Made by a program: the position numbers and the translations under genes. From Octopus vulgaris (Eukaryota): DNA of 64,000 nucleotides. The notes beneath the pieces were generated by a model. It was not told the origin of the DNA and made no database searches. It saw only the letters and a program-made list of their open reading frames with translations. This document shows, piece by piece, positions 54,101 to 64,000 of the stretch. Position 1 is the stretch's first letter. The number at the start of each line of letters is the position of its first letter. Where the stretch lies: contig OX597818.1 in NCBI GenBank assembly GCA_951406725.2, forward strand, positions 135,842,001 to 135,906,000, read 5' to 3'.

Positions 54101-54677
54101 GTGGGAAATCAGCAGCAGTTGAACACACATTATCTGCAGGTTCACTAGGTGCCCCGGTTCCTAATTCATTTACACCCTTTACTCGGAAGGTAAAGTTTGA
54201 CCAAGATGTCAATTCTGTTTCCCACTTTTCAACTTTGTCATCTGTCTTGCCCTTCTCATACCAAGCATCATCAAAAGAAGTTTTGAACTCAATGATGTAA
54301 TGAGTAATAGGTGAATAATTATCTTTTCCTTCTTTCCAAGCAATAGTGGCACTTTCGGGTTCACAATCAACCTTAACATCTATAGGAGGGTCTGGGGGTC
54401 CTAAAATATAAGACAGGTTGTCATAATTATTATTTGTTGAAAATACACACACACACACACACACACACATGTACATATATATATCTATTAATTTCAAATT
54501 TTGGTGGAGGAGGTAAGTCGATTACGTTGACTCCAACACTCAACTGATGCTTATTTTATCATATCAAAAAGATGAAAGACAAAGTAGACGGGTGGTATTT
54601 GGACCCCGAATTTTAAGGTGGACAAAATGCAGCTAAACATTTTGCCTAGTGCACTAACAATTCTACCAGCTCACTGC

Positions 54678-54719
<42 letters not shown>

Positions 54720-54842
54720 TAAAATGAGATAGGGGTTGAAAATTCAACCCACCATGGGATAACATATATCCAACTATCTGATGGTTGATGTTTGATTGAT
54801 TTAAGTATGTTTCTCCATTTTCTAATTTTGTAGTATATATAC

Positions 54843-54879
<37 letters not shown>

Positions 54880-54934
54880 CATATATATATACATATATAT
54901 ATACATATATATATACATATACATATATATATAC

Positions 54935-54986
<52 letters not shown>

Positions 54987-57900
54987 GCTGTGTGGTTAGG
55001 GAGCTTGCTTCCTAGCTACATGGTTTCGGGTTCAGTCCCACTGCGTGGCACTTTGGGCAGGTGTCTTCCACTTTAGCCCCGAGTCAACCGAAGCTTTGTG
55101 ATTGAATTCGGTAGGTGGAAGTTACTGCCGTGTGTGTATGTGTGCGTGTAGGTGATCAGTGCTTCTTTGAAAGAGAGAGAGAGAGGAGAGGGATATTATA
55201 TATATATATATATATACATATATACATATTTTTATGTCCTGTTATAATAAAAACAATTTTACGTTAATCTGATGGCTTACTCTACACTTTTCATAGAGTA
55301 CAAATTTATAATTCTTAAACAAGAATTTTACTGACAGTGACTTTGAAGTTTCAGCCAGCTAAGCCATTGTCGGCCAATATGTTAGCTGGATGAAACTCTG
55401 AAGTCACTGTCAATAATATATACACACACACACGTGTGTGTGTGTATGTGTGTGAGTCAGTATGTATGTATATACATACATACACAATTAAGCATTGCTT
55501 AATTGTATTTAGTGAAGGCACATGGCTCAGTGGTTAGAGCGTCGAGCTTACGATCGTGAGGTTGTGAGCTCGAATCCCGGACTGGGCTGGGTGTTGTGTT
55601 CTTGAGCAAGGCACTTTATTTCACGTTGCTCCAGTTCACTCAGCTGTAGAAATGAGTTGCGACGTCACTGGTGCCAAGCTGTATCGACCTTTGTCTTTCC
55701 CTTGGACAACACTGGTGGCGTGGAGAGGGGAGGCTGGTATGCATGGGCGACTGCTGGTCTTCCATAAACAACCTCGCCCGGACTTGTGTCTAGGAGGGTA
55801 ACTTTCTAGGTGCAATCCCATGGTCATTCATGACCGAAGGGGGTCTTTACTCTTTTAATTGTATTTATATACTTAATGAATGGGTGGGGAGGGAAATTTA
55901 GTCTTAATGATATGGCTCATCCAATAATTACCATAAACATAAAACTAAACATTAGTGTGGATATATCTTTTATTCTTTTACTTGTTTCAGCCATGTTGGG
56001 ACACTGCCTTGAAGGGTTTTAGTTGAATGAATTGGTCTCAGCACTTATTTTTTTTAAAGCCTGGTACTTATTCTATCAGACTCTTTGGCCAAATTTCTAA
56101 GTTACTGGGACACAAACAAATAATATCAGTTGTCAAGCAGTGTTGGGGGACAAACACAAAAACACACACATGCATATTCATGTATGTGTGTGTGCATATA
56201 TAGACACACCCACACATATATACATATAGATACACACAAATATATGTGATGGGCTTCTTTCGGTCTCCATCTACCAAATCCTCTCACAAGGCTTTGGTTA
56301 GTCCAGGGCTATGAGAGAAGACACTTAACACTTGCCCAAGATGCCATGCAGTAGGACTTAACCCAGAACCATGTGGTTGGGTAGCAAACTTCTTACCTCA
56401 CAGCTGTGCCTGCACCTATATATACACAGGGAGTTTATGTTCATAACAGAATTAAAAAAAAATTCAATTAAGGCTGTTGAGATTGGAATTGAAATATTGC
56501 TAGAATTAGTATTGCAAGTAGCCATTGCAAATGTTTACTTTGATGTTACATCATTAAAATATTATAATTGATTTCCAATAGCACAAAGATGATTTGAACA
56601 CATTACCTTTCACTTTTAACTCTGCTCCTTTTGTGGCATTATCTAAGCCATTGCTAGCCACACAAGTATAATTTCCAGAATCTTTGTTGGAAAGGTTAGA
56701 AATAATCAGGTTGTTGCTTTCTTCATGCTTAATATTTGGGTCGTTAACATCAACAGGTACACTGTCTTTATACCAGGATATCTTCAAATTGTCAATTTCA
56801 TAAGAGTCTGTAATTGCATAGCAGGTAAACAATGCTGTCTTTCCAACCATGACGACCATGTCATCAGGGCCCTCAACAATACTGGTGCGTTCTGAAAAGG
56901 TGATAGAAATAAAATAAATACCATTTCATTTATCAGTTGTCTACATACTTGGCTCTACATAGCTAATTTTTGTTTTGAAAGTCTGGTACTTATTCTATTG
57001 GTCACTTTTGTTGAACTGCTAAGTTGGGGATGTAAACAATGCTGAGTACCCTCATCACTTGTTCCTCTTACTATCAGTCATGCTTCTGCCATATCCTTTG
57101 AGCCTCTCTGTAAAACGGTTGGCAAGTGAGCAAACATGGGGGACAAGAGAATCCTTTAGTCATGTCATGGACAAGGGTATCTGTATAGTGCAGGTGCCAG
57201 GGAAAATTGCTCCCAGAAAACTTGGTAAAGTCTAAGGGTTGAAAGGACCCTTTAGACTTGTAGGAGATAAGGCACTGCCTGAGTAATGGTACTGTGAAAG
57301 GAAGCGCCCTGTATATTTCGTAAAGTGGTTTATATTAAAAAGGGCATCAAGTCATAGAAACCAAGTAAAATATGCAATTCACAAGTGATACTCATCACAG
57401 CTTGGTGAGAAGCACCTCCTAATATGATGTACTGATGCTTACTGTGGTGACCTATCTAGACCGTGCCAGTATGGAGAGTGGACATAAAATAATGATGATG
57501 ATGATGATGATGTAATGTTATACAAAATATAAACTTTTTAAACTTGTTACCTGGCCCTGTGGTTAGCAAACTCGTTTCACATTCATGTAGTTTTGGACTT
57601 GATTCAAATGCAAAGTGGCCAAATGTCCTCCGCCAGTTATGTAGTGATATCATACCATGGAAGAACTTGCTGTAGTCTTATCTACTGTCATTGCCATGTA
57701 GATATGTCATACCATGGAGGAAATTCTCATAGTTTTATCTACCACTGATATGCAGAGGAACTTATTTCAGTACATTCGGCTTAATGCAGTTAAGATAAAC
57801 ATTTTGCTCTCTCACTGAATATAATCCTTTCTACTAAAGGCAGAACACCTGAAATTCTGGGGGAGGGGACTAGTCGGTTACATCAATCCCAGTGTTTCAC

Positions 57901-60900
57901 TGGTACTTAACTCATCAACTCTGAAAGGACGAAAGGCAAAGTTGACCTTGGTAATATTGAAACTCAGAATGTAGCAACAGGTGAAATACTGCTTAGCATT
58001 TTACCTGGCATGCTAATGATTCTGTCAGCTTGCTGCCTCTCACTGAATATAATGCCAAATTATTATAGTTGCTTTACTCATGTCAGTGGATGGGATGGAA
58101 GCACTCCGTCGGTTACGACGACGAGGGTTCCGGATGGTCCGAATCAACGGAACAGCCTGCTCGTGAAATTAACGTGTAAGTGGCTGAGCACTCCACAGAC
58201 ACGTGTACCCTTAACGTAGTTCTCGGGGATATTCAGCGTGACACAGAGAGTGAGTGACAAGGCCGGCCCCTTGAAATACAGGTACAACAGAAACAGGAAG
58301 TAAGAGTGAGAGAAAGTTGTGGTGAAAGAGTACAGCAGGGATCACCACCATCCCCTGCCGGAGCCTCGTGGAGCTTTAGGTGTTTTCGCTCAATAAACAC
58401 TCACAACGCCCGGTCTGGGAATCGAAACCGCGATCCTATGACCGCGAGTCCGCTACCCTAACCACTGGGCCATTGCGCCTCCACACTCATGTCAGTATCT
58501 AAGCAATGTCAATGCATCTTTGAGCATTGAAATTTAATGAAATGGACCAGTGAATTTTGAGAGTCTTTCTTACGGCTACAATACCAGTAGCAAGGTATGC
58601 GGTATCAGGCTAACCAGCTGCAACTCTCTACTGTAATGTTACAGATGAATTAACCTAAAATTGCCATTAACATCTTATATCTTAAGGAAGAAAAAAATAT
58701 TGTAGTAATGAGCTGATTTTATAAAAGCTTTGATATAAAACTCCTGAAAGGAAAAGAGACTTGAGAATAATAGAAAAAGACCAGTAAAGTCGCACGAAGG
58801 AACTTACTTCGAACAGCTAGTTTGCCTGTGGAACTCATTTCACCAAATTTATTTTTAGCACGACAAGTATATTCTCCTGAATCTGTAGCTTGTACCCCCT
58901 TTAAAGAAAAGATAAATATATATATTTATAAAGTGAAAAAAATGGACAAAATCAAAGCAAACTCGATGAACATTAATGGAATTTGTAGTTTTGTGGTACC
59001 AGTGCCGGTGGCACATACGAAAACCATCCAAACGTGGCCGTAGCCAGTACCGCATTGACTGGCCTCCATGCCGGTGGCACGTAAAAAAACACCATCTGAG
59101 CGTGGCCGTTCGCCAGCCTCGTCTGGCACCTGTGTCGGTGGCACATAAAATCACCCACTACACTCTCGGAGTGGTTGGCGTTAGGAAGGGCATCCAGCTG
59201 TAGAAACACTGCCAGATCTGACTGGCCTGGTGCAGCCTTCGGGCTTCCCAGACCCCAGTTGAACCATCCAACCCATGCTAGCATGGAAAGCGGACGTTAA
59301 ACGATGATGATGATGATGATGATGATGAATAGAGCAAATCTGAATGTTGAGGTCATTCTACATGTATCAAAAAATCTGACGGTAGGAGAATCAAAACCAT
59401 ACACTAGATAATATAAGTATTCCTGGAGAATATAAATATACTAGCAAAGCAATGATTATCAGAAGCAACTAATGAGTAAAGGATCAGATCTTGTGCAGGT
59501 TATTTATGGTGTAGGTAAACATGTAGTGAAATATCTTTTGTTAAATACCTGTTCTTTTTTACAATTTGGAATTATTAGCTGCTATTATCTATTCCCAGGC
59601 CAATTCTAAATTCAGAAGATCTATGATCAAAAGCATTTAGAATCATCACATCTTCTTTCAGTAAAGTTTCTAACATCTCATTTTTTAAAGACTGTAGAAT
59701 ATGGGCTGAGGAAGATTCAGGTGCTATTTCAAACAGGTCAATCGAGTATACAAAAGCTCCCTTATTGGCTGGTGGCATCATTAGTTGATGATATGATGAA
59801 AGGACTTTATGGAAAATGAAGAGTTGATCCTTGATGTGTGAATGATATCTGAGATCTTGCAGAATAAGGAGTTTACCATCATGAAATTTAACCCTTTAGT
59901 GTTTGCATTATTCCACCAAAATTAATGCTTATTCATCCACATTGTTTTGAACTAATTATGCATTATCTTGTAGCTATGAGATTTTGATGAGGTAGCTGTT
60001 AATTTTTCAAACGATATTGTAGGGTTGGTGTGAGAGACCAGATCTGGTCAGTTTGAACATAAAACAGGCAGAATACTTCTGGCTGGATATGGCCGGTTTA
60101 AATGCTAAAGGGTTAAAAGGTAAAATTACTAAATGAAAAGCTAGAGATTTCACTTCTTTGAAATAGAACACTGAATTCTACATTTCCAAACTTTGAAGTA
60201 GCAAAATCTTCTGGAGCAGTTTTAGTAATGTTCGGCACCAGCTTAATTTCAGGCACAACTTAAGTACAGAAACACAATTAAGTTTGGTATCCTATATATT
60301 TGGTTATCATAACATATGTTTATTAACAAGACAAAAAGAGAACTTCTGGATGGTCACTTAATTTGCCAGATATAGCAGCCAAATCTTTCACAATCACCCT
60401 CCCATCTTAGAAACAAGACTTTACACAGTATCAGTATTTTACATCTATTTTTCTGTGTAGGACAGTTTTACTGAGGCAGTATTTTATGGTCAGATATTTT
60501 TTCCATCAAACCTGTTAGTTGCCTTGTATGACTCATAGGAACACACTGTATCTGTTTGGAAGCCATCATGCGATTAGGTAATAAAAGGTAAAGGCTAAAG
60601 ACCTCCTTTGGTCATGAATGACCATGAGATTGCACCTAGAAAGTTACCCTCCAAAGTACAAGTCCAAGCAAGGTTGTTTTATGGAAGACCAGCAGCTGCT
60701 CATGCTTACCAGCCTCCTCTCTCCACCCCACTGATGTCATCCAAGAGGAAGGCAAAGGAGCCGATTCAGCTTGGCATCTATGACATTGCAACTCATTTCT
60801 ACAGCTGAGTGAATTGGAGTAATGTGAAATAAAGTGTCTTGCTCAAAAACACAACACACAGCCCAATCCAGGAATCGAACTCACTATCTCATGATTGTGA

Positions 60901-62212
60901 GCCAGGTGCTCTAACCACTGAGCTATGCACCTTCACCATTAGGTAATACAATTTGGAATATAATGCATCAGAAAAAAGGAAATCTTAAGATGGTCTTGGC
61001 TGGAGAAAAATAATAGGTCTGTGGCTTGCATCTAGTCCTTTGACCAACTACCTACTGTGTCATACACCTGTTCAATCTGGATTGGCCAAGAGTTAAACAA
61101 CAACAACAAAACATATATTCTTGCACAAATATGCAGTCACGAGTATGTTTGGAATTATGATGAAAACAAGAGAATTTGTTAGCATATATCCATATACTTA
61201 CAGTTATTTTTAAAGCACCACCAGGTAACATTTCATGTCTATCACTCTTAATTAGCTGATCACCTCTGAACCAAGTTATAGCTGGTGTTGGTTTACCTTC
61301 TGCAATGCATGGTAATACTACAACAGATTCTGCTGCAACTTTAGTTAATTCAGGAACTCCTTGCGTAAAGGATGGTGGAATTGCTGAAATATAAATACAA
61401 AAGAAATGTGAAAATCGCTTTAATATATTTAATCTTCAAATTGTGGAAGAAGAATTTTTTTTTTTAACTTTTTCAGTTACTGGACTGTGACCATGCCGGG
61501 ACACCATCTTGAAGGGTTTTAGCTGAACAAACTGGTCCCCAAGTACTTATTAAGTTTGGTACTTAATCTATCATTCCCTTTTGCTGAACCACTAAGTTAC
61601 AGGGATGTAAACAATTATCAAGTAGTAAGAGACAAACATAAACATAAAGATGCATGTGTGTGTACACATGCGATGGGGTGCTGAACAGTTCCTGGCTTTA
61701 AGGGTATTGCAAAAGGCCCAGTTGGAGGCTCAGCCTTCTGAGTTCTTTTACATGACTTGGAATGTCCAAGAGTTAAACAATAACAACAACAACAACAACA
61801 ACAAAACATATATTCTTGCACAAATTCGCAGTCACGAGTATGTTTGGAATTATGATGAAAACAAGAGAATTTCTTGGAATGTCAAATATATATATATATA
61901 TATATATTTTGTGAAATAGAAAGATGAATAATCTTGTTGCAGATTAATCAAAAGTTTAACCGATACCTTGGTAGCAAAAATCACAGCAGAAGACAGCACG
62001 GTTGGAGGTACAACCATATGGTGTTGCAACCGTGCGTTGGTGCGGATAATTGAATTTTAATATTATTAGTGAATTGAAGAAATGGAGTTGAACGGAATTT
62101 GGAGTTGAATGGAATTTGGTAAATTGTGCCTTTCGAAACACGTGTAGAATGCAATAAATCGATTTCTGTTCAATCTTCGTTCAACTCCATTTCTTCAATT
62201 CACTAATAATAT

Positions 62213-62246
<34 letters not shown>

Positions 62247-63410
62247 GATAGAGAGAGAGAGATAAATAAAAATAGATAGATAGATAAATATAAATAGTAA
62301 AATAGACAGATAGATTGGTTTGGGTATGGTTGTGTGATCCAAGAAGTTAGCTTTGCAACCACATGGTTTCAGGTTCAGTTTTACTGTGTGGCACCTTGCT
62401 ATAATTTTCTGCTATAGTCTCAGACCAACCAAAGCCTTGCAAGTGAATTTAGTTGATGGAAACTGAAAAGAAGCCCATTGCATATGTATACATCCAAGAA
62501 TTTTTCAGCACACCCTTGTCATTTTAATGATGATGTATTGATTAATCTGAGGCTTTGGTTACCAAAAGGGCTAGGGCTTCACAGTGGAATTAAGGACACA
62601 GGATACAGTGGCTGAGAAACTAGTTTCTTAAATGAATGCTCATACTTGCACCTATCTATTTACTTTATATCTATCAAAAGGATACTATTTAAACTAATTT
62701 CTGAGTGAAGGTTGGTTGTGTTTATGCAAATATTTATTAATTTTTCTTACTGTCGTAAACATTATTAACAAATTTATTCCTTCAAATAAGAACACAGCCA
62801 TTTTAATTGTATTTGCATAATATCATCATCATCATCATCGTTTAACGTCCGTTTTCCACGCTAGCACGGGTTGGACGGTTCGACTGGGGTCTGGGAAGCC
62901 AGAGGCAGCACCAGGCTCCAGTCTGATCTGGCAGAGTTTCTACAGCTGGATGCCCTTCCTAACGCCAACCACTCCGCGAGTGTAGTGGGTGCTTTGTACG
63001 TCCCACCTGCACAGGTGCCAGGAGGGGGTCCGGCATCGGCCACGATCGGTTGGAGCTTTTAACGTGCCACTGGCACGGAAGCCAGCCAAGGCGGTGCTGG
63101 CAACGGCCACGTTCGAATGGTGCTTTTTATGTGCCACCGGCACAGAAGCCAGTCGGGGCGGCACTGGCATCGGCCAATAAAAATAAGAAATAAATGGAAA
63201 TTTTACCAGTGAGTGTGTTACATTATAAGGAAACTAAATTGAATTTCAACATTAGCTCATATTTACCTAACACATTTAGATAGAAATCGGCCCATAAGTA
63301 ACCATTTTCATTTGAAGCATTGCATTGAATAACCTTTGAATCATTCCTTGTTAGCATAAAATACTTCAAAGTATCGTTTTGAAATTGCTGATTTACTCGT
63401 GGAGGAACAG
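29887..63410 (-). CDS. Nrg: L1CAM-family cell adhesion molecule (neuroglian/NrCAM-like), partial gene; 15 exons in window, 5' part lies beyond window end
   Basis: All 15 exons have GT-AG boundaries and compatible phases; they join into one frame (2657 nt) encoding Ig, Ig, Ig, 5x FnIII, TM and a cytoplasmic tail ...[20 protein letters not shown]...[16 protein letters not shown] is the diagnostic L1-family ankyrin-binding motif. Confidence 0.96.
30331..30522. mobile_element. TTAA-target MITE
   Basis: TTAA|CCCCTTACCC...GGGTAAGGGG|TTAA. Confidence 0.85.
30827..31880 (+). mobile_element. Chapaev3-like (CMC) DNA transposon fossil in neuroglian intron
   Basis: CAC start; degenerate transposase motifs [62 protein letters not shown]; family assignment from recall of motifs. 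Confidence 0.7.
33354..33358 (-). CDS. Nrg: Candidate 5-nt microexon (TTTTT) or start of an alternative terminal exon
   Basis: ttgcttctccattttctctcctctttag | TTTTT | gtaagt (consensus donor); TGCATG ~40 nt downstream. Confidence 0.4.
33407..33415 (-). CDS. Nrg: Candidate 9-nt alternative microexon (AAAAAAAAG; N->KKKS)
   Basis: ~50-nt AG-free pyrimidine tract ending caaTGCtttacag | AAAAAAAAG | gtaaaa; frame-preserving in a phase-2 intron. Confidence 0.55.
33900..34165. repeat. 30-bp minisatellite, ~8 degenerate units
   Basis: Unit ~AATAAAATAGATACCTGTAATATTAGTCTT. Confidence 0.85.
34345..34414 (-). CDS. Nrg: Neuroglian-like exon (cytoplasmic, membrane-proximal)
   Basis: ttttcag|...|gtaagt; 70 nt, phase 1-2; [23 protein letters not shown]; bridges TM exon and last exon in frame. 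Confidence 0.88.
35440..35656. mobile_element. TTAA-target MITE (CCCTTTAG family)
   Basis: TTAA TSD and CCCTTTAGTGTT TIR. Confidence 0.85.
35718..35843 (-). CDS. Nrg: Neuroglian-like exon (transmembrane helix)
   Basis: ctttaag|...|gtaagt; 126 nt; [42 protein letters not shown]. Confidence 0.95.
37048..37437 (+). mobile_element. SINE family B
   Basis: 14-bp TSD taatagctaataag. Confidence 0.9.
40356..40741 (+). mobile_element. SINE family B
   Basis: TSD attcttaaaactgg. Confidence 0.9.
40905..41100 (+). mobile_element. Retroposon family C, 5'-truncated
   Basis: Motif and (GAT)n tail. Confidence 0.75.
43059..43421. mobile_element. Foldback MITE (near-perfect 363-bp palindrome)
   Basis: ~175-bp arms around a 14-nt loop at 43234-43247; TGT...ACA termini flanked by TAA. 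Confidence 0.85.
44226..44384 (-). CDS. Nrg: Neuroglian-like exon (FnIII-5 C-half)
   Basis: atgaaag|...|gtgatt; 159 nt; [53 protein letters not shown]. Confidence 0.88.
44784..44844. repeat. (GA)n microsatellite
   Basis: Directly visible. Confidence 0.95.
44930..45058 (-). CDS. Nrg: Neuroglian-like exon (FnIII-5 N-half)
   Basis: ttttctag|...|gtatgt; 129 nt; [43 protein letters not shown]. Confidence 0.9.
45242..45424 (-). CDS. Nrg: Neuroglian-like exon (FnIII-4 C-half)
   Basis: ttctgcag|...|gtaagt; 183 nt; ...[40 protein letters not shown]. Confidence 0.93.
45559..45681 (-). CDS. Nrg: Neuroglian-like exon (FnIII-4 N-half)
   Basis: tatacag|...|gtaagt; 123 nt; [41 protein letters not shown]. 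Confidence 0.93.
47421..47829 (-). mobile_element. SINE family A
   Basis: Full-length, adjacent to an older degenerate copy. Confidence 0.85.
48014..48248 (-). CDS. Nrg: Neuroglian-like exon (FnIII-3 C-half, polybasic loop)
   Basis: gattctag|...|gtcagt; 235 nt; [78 protein letters not shown]. Confidence 0.93.
48707..49088 (+). mobile_element. SINE family B nested in an old family A copy
   Basis: TSD atgaccgat at 48698-48706 and 49089-49097. Confidence 0.9.
49480..49860 (+). mobile_element. Retroposon family C, nested in an older inverted copy
   Basis: Longest copy in window; opposite-strand fragments at ~49400-49475 and 49860-50070. Confidence 0.75.
50140..50662 (-). mobile_element. RTE-clade LINE reverse transcriptase fragment (degenerate)
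   Basis: [57 protein letters not shown]. Confidence 0.85.
50809..50939 (-). CDS. Nrg: Neuroglian-like exon (FnIII-3 N-half)
   Basis: ttttatag|...|gtaagt; 131 nt; [44 protein letters not shown]. Confidence 0.93.
51208..51715. mobile_element. Partial copy of palindromic element at 10571
   Basis: Shares right arm and inner repeat. Confidence 0.75.
51803..52028 (-). CDS. Nrg: Neuroglian-like exon (FnIII-2)
   Basis: tttaaag|...|gtaagt; 226 nt; [16 protein letters not shown]...[16 protein letters not shown]...EGYSGED (GYSGED is typical of the L1 family). Confidence 0.95.
52140..52533 (-). mobile_element. Non-autonomous Helitron
   Basis: TC...hairpin...CTAG, A|T target. Confidence 0.8.
53804..54003. 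mobile_element. TTAA-target MITE (CCCTTTAG family)
   Basis: TTAA TSD; lies ~30 nt from an exon donor. Confidence 0.8.
54036..54400 (-). CDS. Nrg: Neuroglian-like exon (FnIII-1 and start of FnIII-2)
   Basis: ttttag|...|gtaagt; 365 nt; [11 protein letters not shown]...W...[12 protein letters not shown]...[23 protein letters not shown]. Confidence 0.95.
55515..55850 (+). mobile_element. tRNA-derived SINE family E
   Basis: A-box TGGCTCAGTGG, B-box-like CTCGAATCCC, CORE-like CTTGAGCAAGGCACTTT; older copy at 60586-60935 (-). Confidence 0.75.
55966..56417 (-). mobile_element. Degenerate SINE family A
   Basis: Same layout. Confidence 0.7.
56607..56891 (-). CDS. Nrg: Neuroglian-like exon (Ig6)
   Basis: ttttcag|...|gtaatg; 285 nt; [23 protein letters not shown]...SWYKD...[25 protein letters not shown]. 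Confidence 0.94.
58088..58484 (-). mobile_element. SINE family B
   Basis: 12-bp TSD actcatgtcagt. Confidence 0.9.
58808..58898 (-). CDS. Nrg: Neuroglian-like exon (Ig5 C-half)
   Basis: tttaaag|...|gtaagt; 91 nt; [30 protein letters not shown] (DxGxYxC motif). Confidence 0.92.
58945..59327 (+). mobile_element. Retroposon family C
   Basis: Motifs and (GAT)n tail. Confidence 0.75.
59888..60116. mobile_element. TTAA-target MITE (CCCTTTAG family, opposite orientation)
   Basis: TTAA TSD, TIR. Confidence 0.8.
60586..60935 (-). mobile_element. SINE family E (older copy)
   Basis: Reverse complement similarity to 55515-55850. Confidence 0.7.
61202..61383 (-). CDS. Nrg: Neuroglian-like exon (Ig5 N-half)
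   Basis: atttcag|...|gtaagt; 182 nt; [61 protein letters not shown]. Confidence 0.92.
62059..62213. repeat. Palindromic MITE-like remnant
   Basis: aatattattagtgaattgaagaaatggagttgaacg / cgttcaactccatttcttcaattcactaataatatt (36-bp perfect arms). Confidence 0.75.
62822..63176 (-). mobile_element. Retroposon family C
   Basis: (ATC)n tail on plus strand, V-like motif reversed. Confidence 0.75.
63267..63410 (-). CDS. Nrg: Neuroglian-like exon (C-terminal part of Ig domain, probably Ig4)
   Basis: tttttcag|...|gtaaat; 144 nt, phase 1-1; ...[22 protein letters not shown]. Confidence 0.9.
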
Positions 63411-64000
63411 CTGAAAAAGACAAAACAAAACAAAGTAAATAATCACATGAGACATCCTGTATTAGATTAAAAAAAACGATTCAAATAATTAAATAACATA
63501 TCATGTCTGGGATAAAATAACAATAAAAGTTTTCACTTTGTCCATTTTACGTCTCTTTTCAACACTAGCGTGCATGAATGGATACTTATTATTAAGGCTT
63601 TATTTTACAGTTGTACATCCTTCCAGATGCTAACTCTTCATTGTTTCTCAAGTAAGTGATTTTTAATTCCACTTGTACATGAAAGCACAGAGCAACAGCA
63701 AGATTTGTTTATAGGGAATGCCAACATAACATCATTTTCCCTTGAATATGGAATGTAAACAATCACACAGATACACACACCCAAATGCACAGATGGGCTG
63801 CCATACAGTTTCCATCTATTACAAGGCATTAATCAGCCCAAGATATCATAAGATAGAACTTGAAACCATGTAGCTGTATACTGAAATTTGTATCCACACA
63901 GCCATGCCCACATCTATTATATTTTGTATTTTCTCCTACAAATGTACTTATAAAATATTTTATTTTTGTAATGTTGCAAAATGATTTATTGAATGCATGA

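Overview
AT-rich (microsatellite-, SINE- and MITE-dense) animal genomic DNA; the SINE complement looks like Octopus (coleoid cephalopod), which is an inference. Main content: (1) the 3' portion of a minus-strand L1CAM-family (neuroglian/NrCAM-like) gene. Fifteen GT-AG exons were reconstructed by hand between 63410 and the stop at 29887, giving one continuous frame of ~885 codons: end of an Ig domain, two further Ig domains, five FnIII domains, a TM helix, and a cytoplasmic tail with FIGQY and a C-terminal STFV. A probable ~9.6-kb 3'UTR follows, down to ~20230. (2) An intronless, 5'-truncated KIF-binding protein (KIFBP/KBP) pseudogene at 7945-10570, broken by a frameshift, a deletion and three TE insertions. 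(3) At least five SINE families, non-autonomous Helitrons, TTAA (piggyBac-type) and other MITEs, and Tigger/pogo, mariner, Chapaev3-like and RTE fossils. Most interesting observations: a tandem pair of microexon candidates (9 nt and 5 nt, 48 nt apart, with UGC and UGCAUG motifs) in the intron equivalent to the vertebrate L1 RSLE-microexon intron, where the 5-nt exon would remove the ankyrin-binding FIGQY tail; a polybasic furin-type site in FnIII-3; and several intronic hairpins or inverted repeats. Nearly all other ORFs in the track are repeat or microsatellite noise.
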